A DNA stretch of 29,695 nucleotides from Armatimonadota bacterium (GTDB lineage: Bacteria; Armatimonadota; UBA5829; DTLH01). Below are positions 28,261 through 29,695 of the stretch, one piece after another. Position 1 is the stretch's first letter. Every line of letters starts with the position of its first letter. The notes under the pieces were generated by a model. That model was not told the origin of the DNA. It did no database searches and worked only from the letters and a program-made list of their open reading frames with translations. A program made the position numbers and the translations under genes. The stretch spans positions 1 through 29,695 of the forward strand of contig JBDKSP010000061.1 in assembly GCA_039680575.1 (NCBI GenBank), in the 5' to 3' direction.

Positions 28261-29025
28261 TTAGTCTTTGAAGCCGGACTTATCGAAGAAATCCTTCAAC
28301 CGTTTTCTCTCACGATATTCTTTATACCAGCCAAGAGTGCCTAAACGCGGCGCACGCGGGTTCTTTTTATGCAGATAGACCACTTCGCATTTTCCGGTTG
28401 TAATTCTATACCGGTTTCTGCTTGTTACGAACCAATAAGAAAACGCGCAGCCGAGAAGCGCGCTCACGCCCAGCAGCGGATGTGTTACCCCATAACCTAT
28501 CAGGACTATGATAACATCGAGCAATGCCAGATATTTGAGCTTCATAGGGATGATGAAGCCGAAGAGCACAGTGTCCTCAGGGTTTTGCAGAGCAAAAGCT
28601 ATTGTCAGCCCCGAGAGCGGCAGCGTAAGCCCCGTCAAAGCCGTTGCTGCGCCTGTTATTAACGCACCGATGTAGATCCCGAGCGCGGATACCGCAGACA
28701 TCGCGAAGAAGAAGAATGCGAACCTCCGGCTGCCCCATGATCTTTCCAGGCATCCACCGGCAATCCACATCCAGAAAAGACCGAAGAAGAAGCAGATCGA
28801 CATGCAGCACATACTGGCGAGCGGGTAAGTCACTACTGTCCAGGGTGCTTTCAATACGGTTGGAGTCAAAAACACGAAGGCATTTGCCATCGGCGCCCTG
28901 GCTGAATGGCATAAAGATCCCAGGACGAGCGTCAGGAAGTTCGACAGGATGATTAGTTTTGTTACGGGGATTTTATCGACTAAAAGCCAGTAAGCGAACT
29001 TGTCTTTTATGCTGTTTGTCCTCAT
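28261..29025 (-). CDS. Rhomboid-fold membrane protein, apparently catalytically inactive
   Basis: About six TM segments; PWTVVTYP (WR-motif region), GGCLERSWGSRRF, NP..IIPMKLKY; no GxSG serine and no TM6 His. Confidence 0.7.
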   Translation of the reverse strand: MRTNSIKDKFAYWLLVDKIPVTKLIILSNFLTLVLGSLCHSARAPMANAFVFLTPTVLKAPWTVVTYPLASMCCMSICFFFGLFWMWIAGGCLERSWGSRRFAFFFFAMSAVSALGIYIGALITGAATALTGLTLPLSGLTIAFALQNPEDTVLFGFIIPMKLKYLALLDVIIVLIGYGVTHPLLGVSALLGCAFSYWFVTSRNRYRITTGKCEVVYLHKKNPRAPRLGTLGWYKEYRERKRLKDFFDKSGFKD

Positions 29026-29039
29026 TTATAGTGTCCTGC

Positions 29040-29104
29040 AGAGTTTCAGGTGTAAGCGTAAACCAACAGATGCAGCATTAACCGAAACTTTTTAGTTGTG
29101 CTGT
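29040..29104. repeat. Inverted partial copy of the 24929-25022 element
   Basis: 29040-29071 matches the reverse complement of 24990-25022 at 30/33 positions; weaker similarity continues to ~29104. Confidence 0.65.
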
Positions 29105-29291
29105 CACCTATATTATCAGTGAATTTACAGGTTGTCGATAGGGTGCGACTCATGACAATACAATCGTGTTGAGGAAGATGTTCCTGATGTCTGATATACT
29201 TTCCGCTAACCCGAATCTTCGGTATTAGCCATGGCGATAGCTGCCGAAGCAAGAGATTAAAGTTTTGAAACATAAGAATTTGCACAATCTA

Positions 29292-29330
29292 CTCCGTTCT
29301 CCCCTTGCGGGAGAAGGTTGGGATGAGGGG
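29292..29330. repeat. REP-like palindrome
   Basis: TTCTCCC-CTTGC-GGGAGAA hairpin followed by GGTTGGGATGAGGGG; resembles the widespread CTCTCCC..GGGAGAGGG..GGGTGAGGG repeats; single copy in window. Confidence 0.4.
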
Positions 29331-29368
29331 ATATACCGTAATTCTGTGGAAAAACGTAAATTTATACC

Positions 29369-29397
29369 TTGACAAGCGGAGTCACTCACAGTAAAAT
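29369..29397 (+). promoter_or_regulatory. Sigma70-type promoter of the tRNA gene
   Basis: TTGACA (29369-29374), 17 nt, TAAAAT (29392-29397); AT-rich UP-like region upstream. Confidence 0.8.
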
Positions 29398-29409
29398 ATA
29401 CACTGCTGT

Positions 29410-29496
29410 GGGGATGTGGCGGAATGGTAGACGCGCTTGGTTGAGGGCCAAGTGGGCATTACGCCCGTGGAAGTTCGACTCTTCTCATCCCCACCA
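29410..29496 (+). tRNA. tRNA-Leu (anticodon GAG), CCA encoded
   Basis: Acceptor GGGGATG/CATCCCC + A-CCA; D-loop GGAATGGTAGAC; anticodon arm CTTGG-TTGAGGG-CCAAG; long variable arm GGGC..GCCC; TTCGA T-loop. Confidence 0.96.
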
Positions 29497-29505
29497 AACC
29501 GCTCA

Positions 29506-29550
29506 AAAAGGCCTCTTTCGCAAGCTCAGTGATTGCGAAAGAGGCCTTTT
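29506..29550 (+). terminator. Intrinsic (possibly bidirectional) terminator after tRNA-Leu
   Basis: Perfect 18-bp inverted repeat AAAAGGCCTCTTTCGCAA / TTGCGAAAGAGGCCTTTT. Confidence 0.8.
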
Positions 29551-29695
29551 CCACCTTCCAGCCAGCGTACAGGAGCATCGTTTTTAAGGAAGCAGAAGAG
29601 GAGCGGGTATGTTACATGAAATAGCCATGTAATTTAACAATTACGACACAGGTACTTTGAGGATCAGTGTCGAAGTAGTAATCGTGGGTACAAAC

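Noticed and set aside
29046..29285. 79-aa minus-strand ORF ending inside the repeat (possible transposase remnant)
   Set aside because: No DDE, HUH or other recognisable motif; cannot be supported.
29369..29587. 72-aa ORF, and tRNA-Leu as an integration site
   Set aside because: The ORF overlaps the tRNA promoter, gene and terminator; no integrase or duplicated tRNA 3' end is visible in the window.

Overview
Bacterial chromosome window, about 50% GC. An anaerobe is likely given hydG and rubrerythrin. The uS10/uL3 sequence style suggests Armatimonadota, but that is my inference and is unverified. Bases 1-20563 hold the 3' end of tuf and a complete S10-spc-alpha ribosomal superoperon running on into truA-rplM-rpsI. 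It has three departures from the norm: (i) uL22 has a ~79-aa N-terminal domain that aligns by eye with the type II KH domain of the neighbouring uS3; (ii) an EF-G2-type paralogue (DTPGY, RKISI) sits between rplE and rpsZ, with an internal promoter just after rpsZ; (iii) four intergenic spacers hold 7-nt-periodic imperfect hairpins. Bases 20.6-29.7 kb are accessory genes: SH3-NlpC/P60 peptidase, rubrerythrin, a Cys-rich exported metal-binding-like protein, an alpha/beta hydrolase, a TM1266-family regulator plus hydG behind a terminator/antiterminator leader, DUF72, a zinc-ribbon/DUF2007 protein, a rhomboid-fold pseudoprotease and tRNA-Leu(GAG). A short repeated element appears in inverted orientation on both sides of the hydG-to-rhomboid block. 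All calls come from reading the sequence; no searches or folding programs were run.
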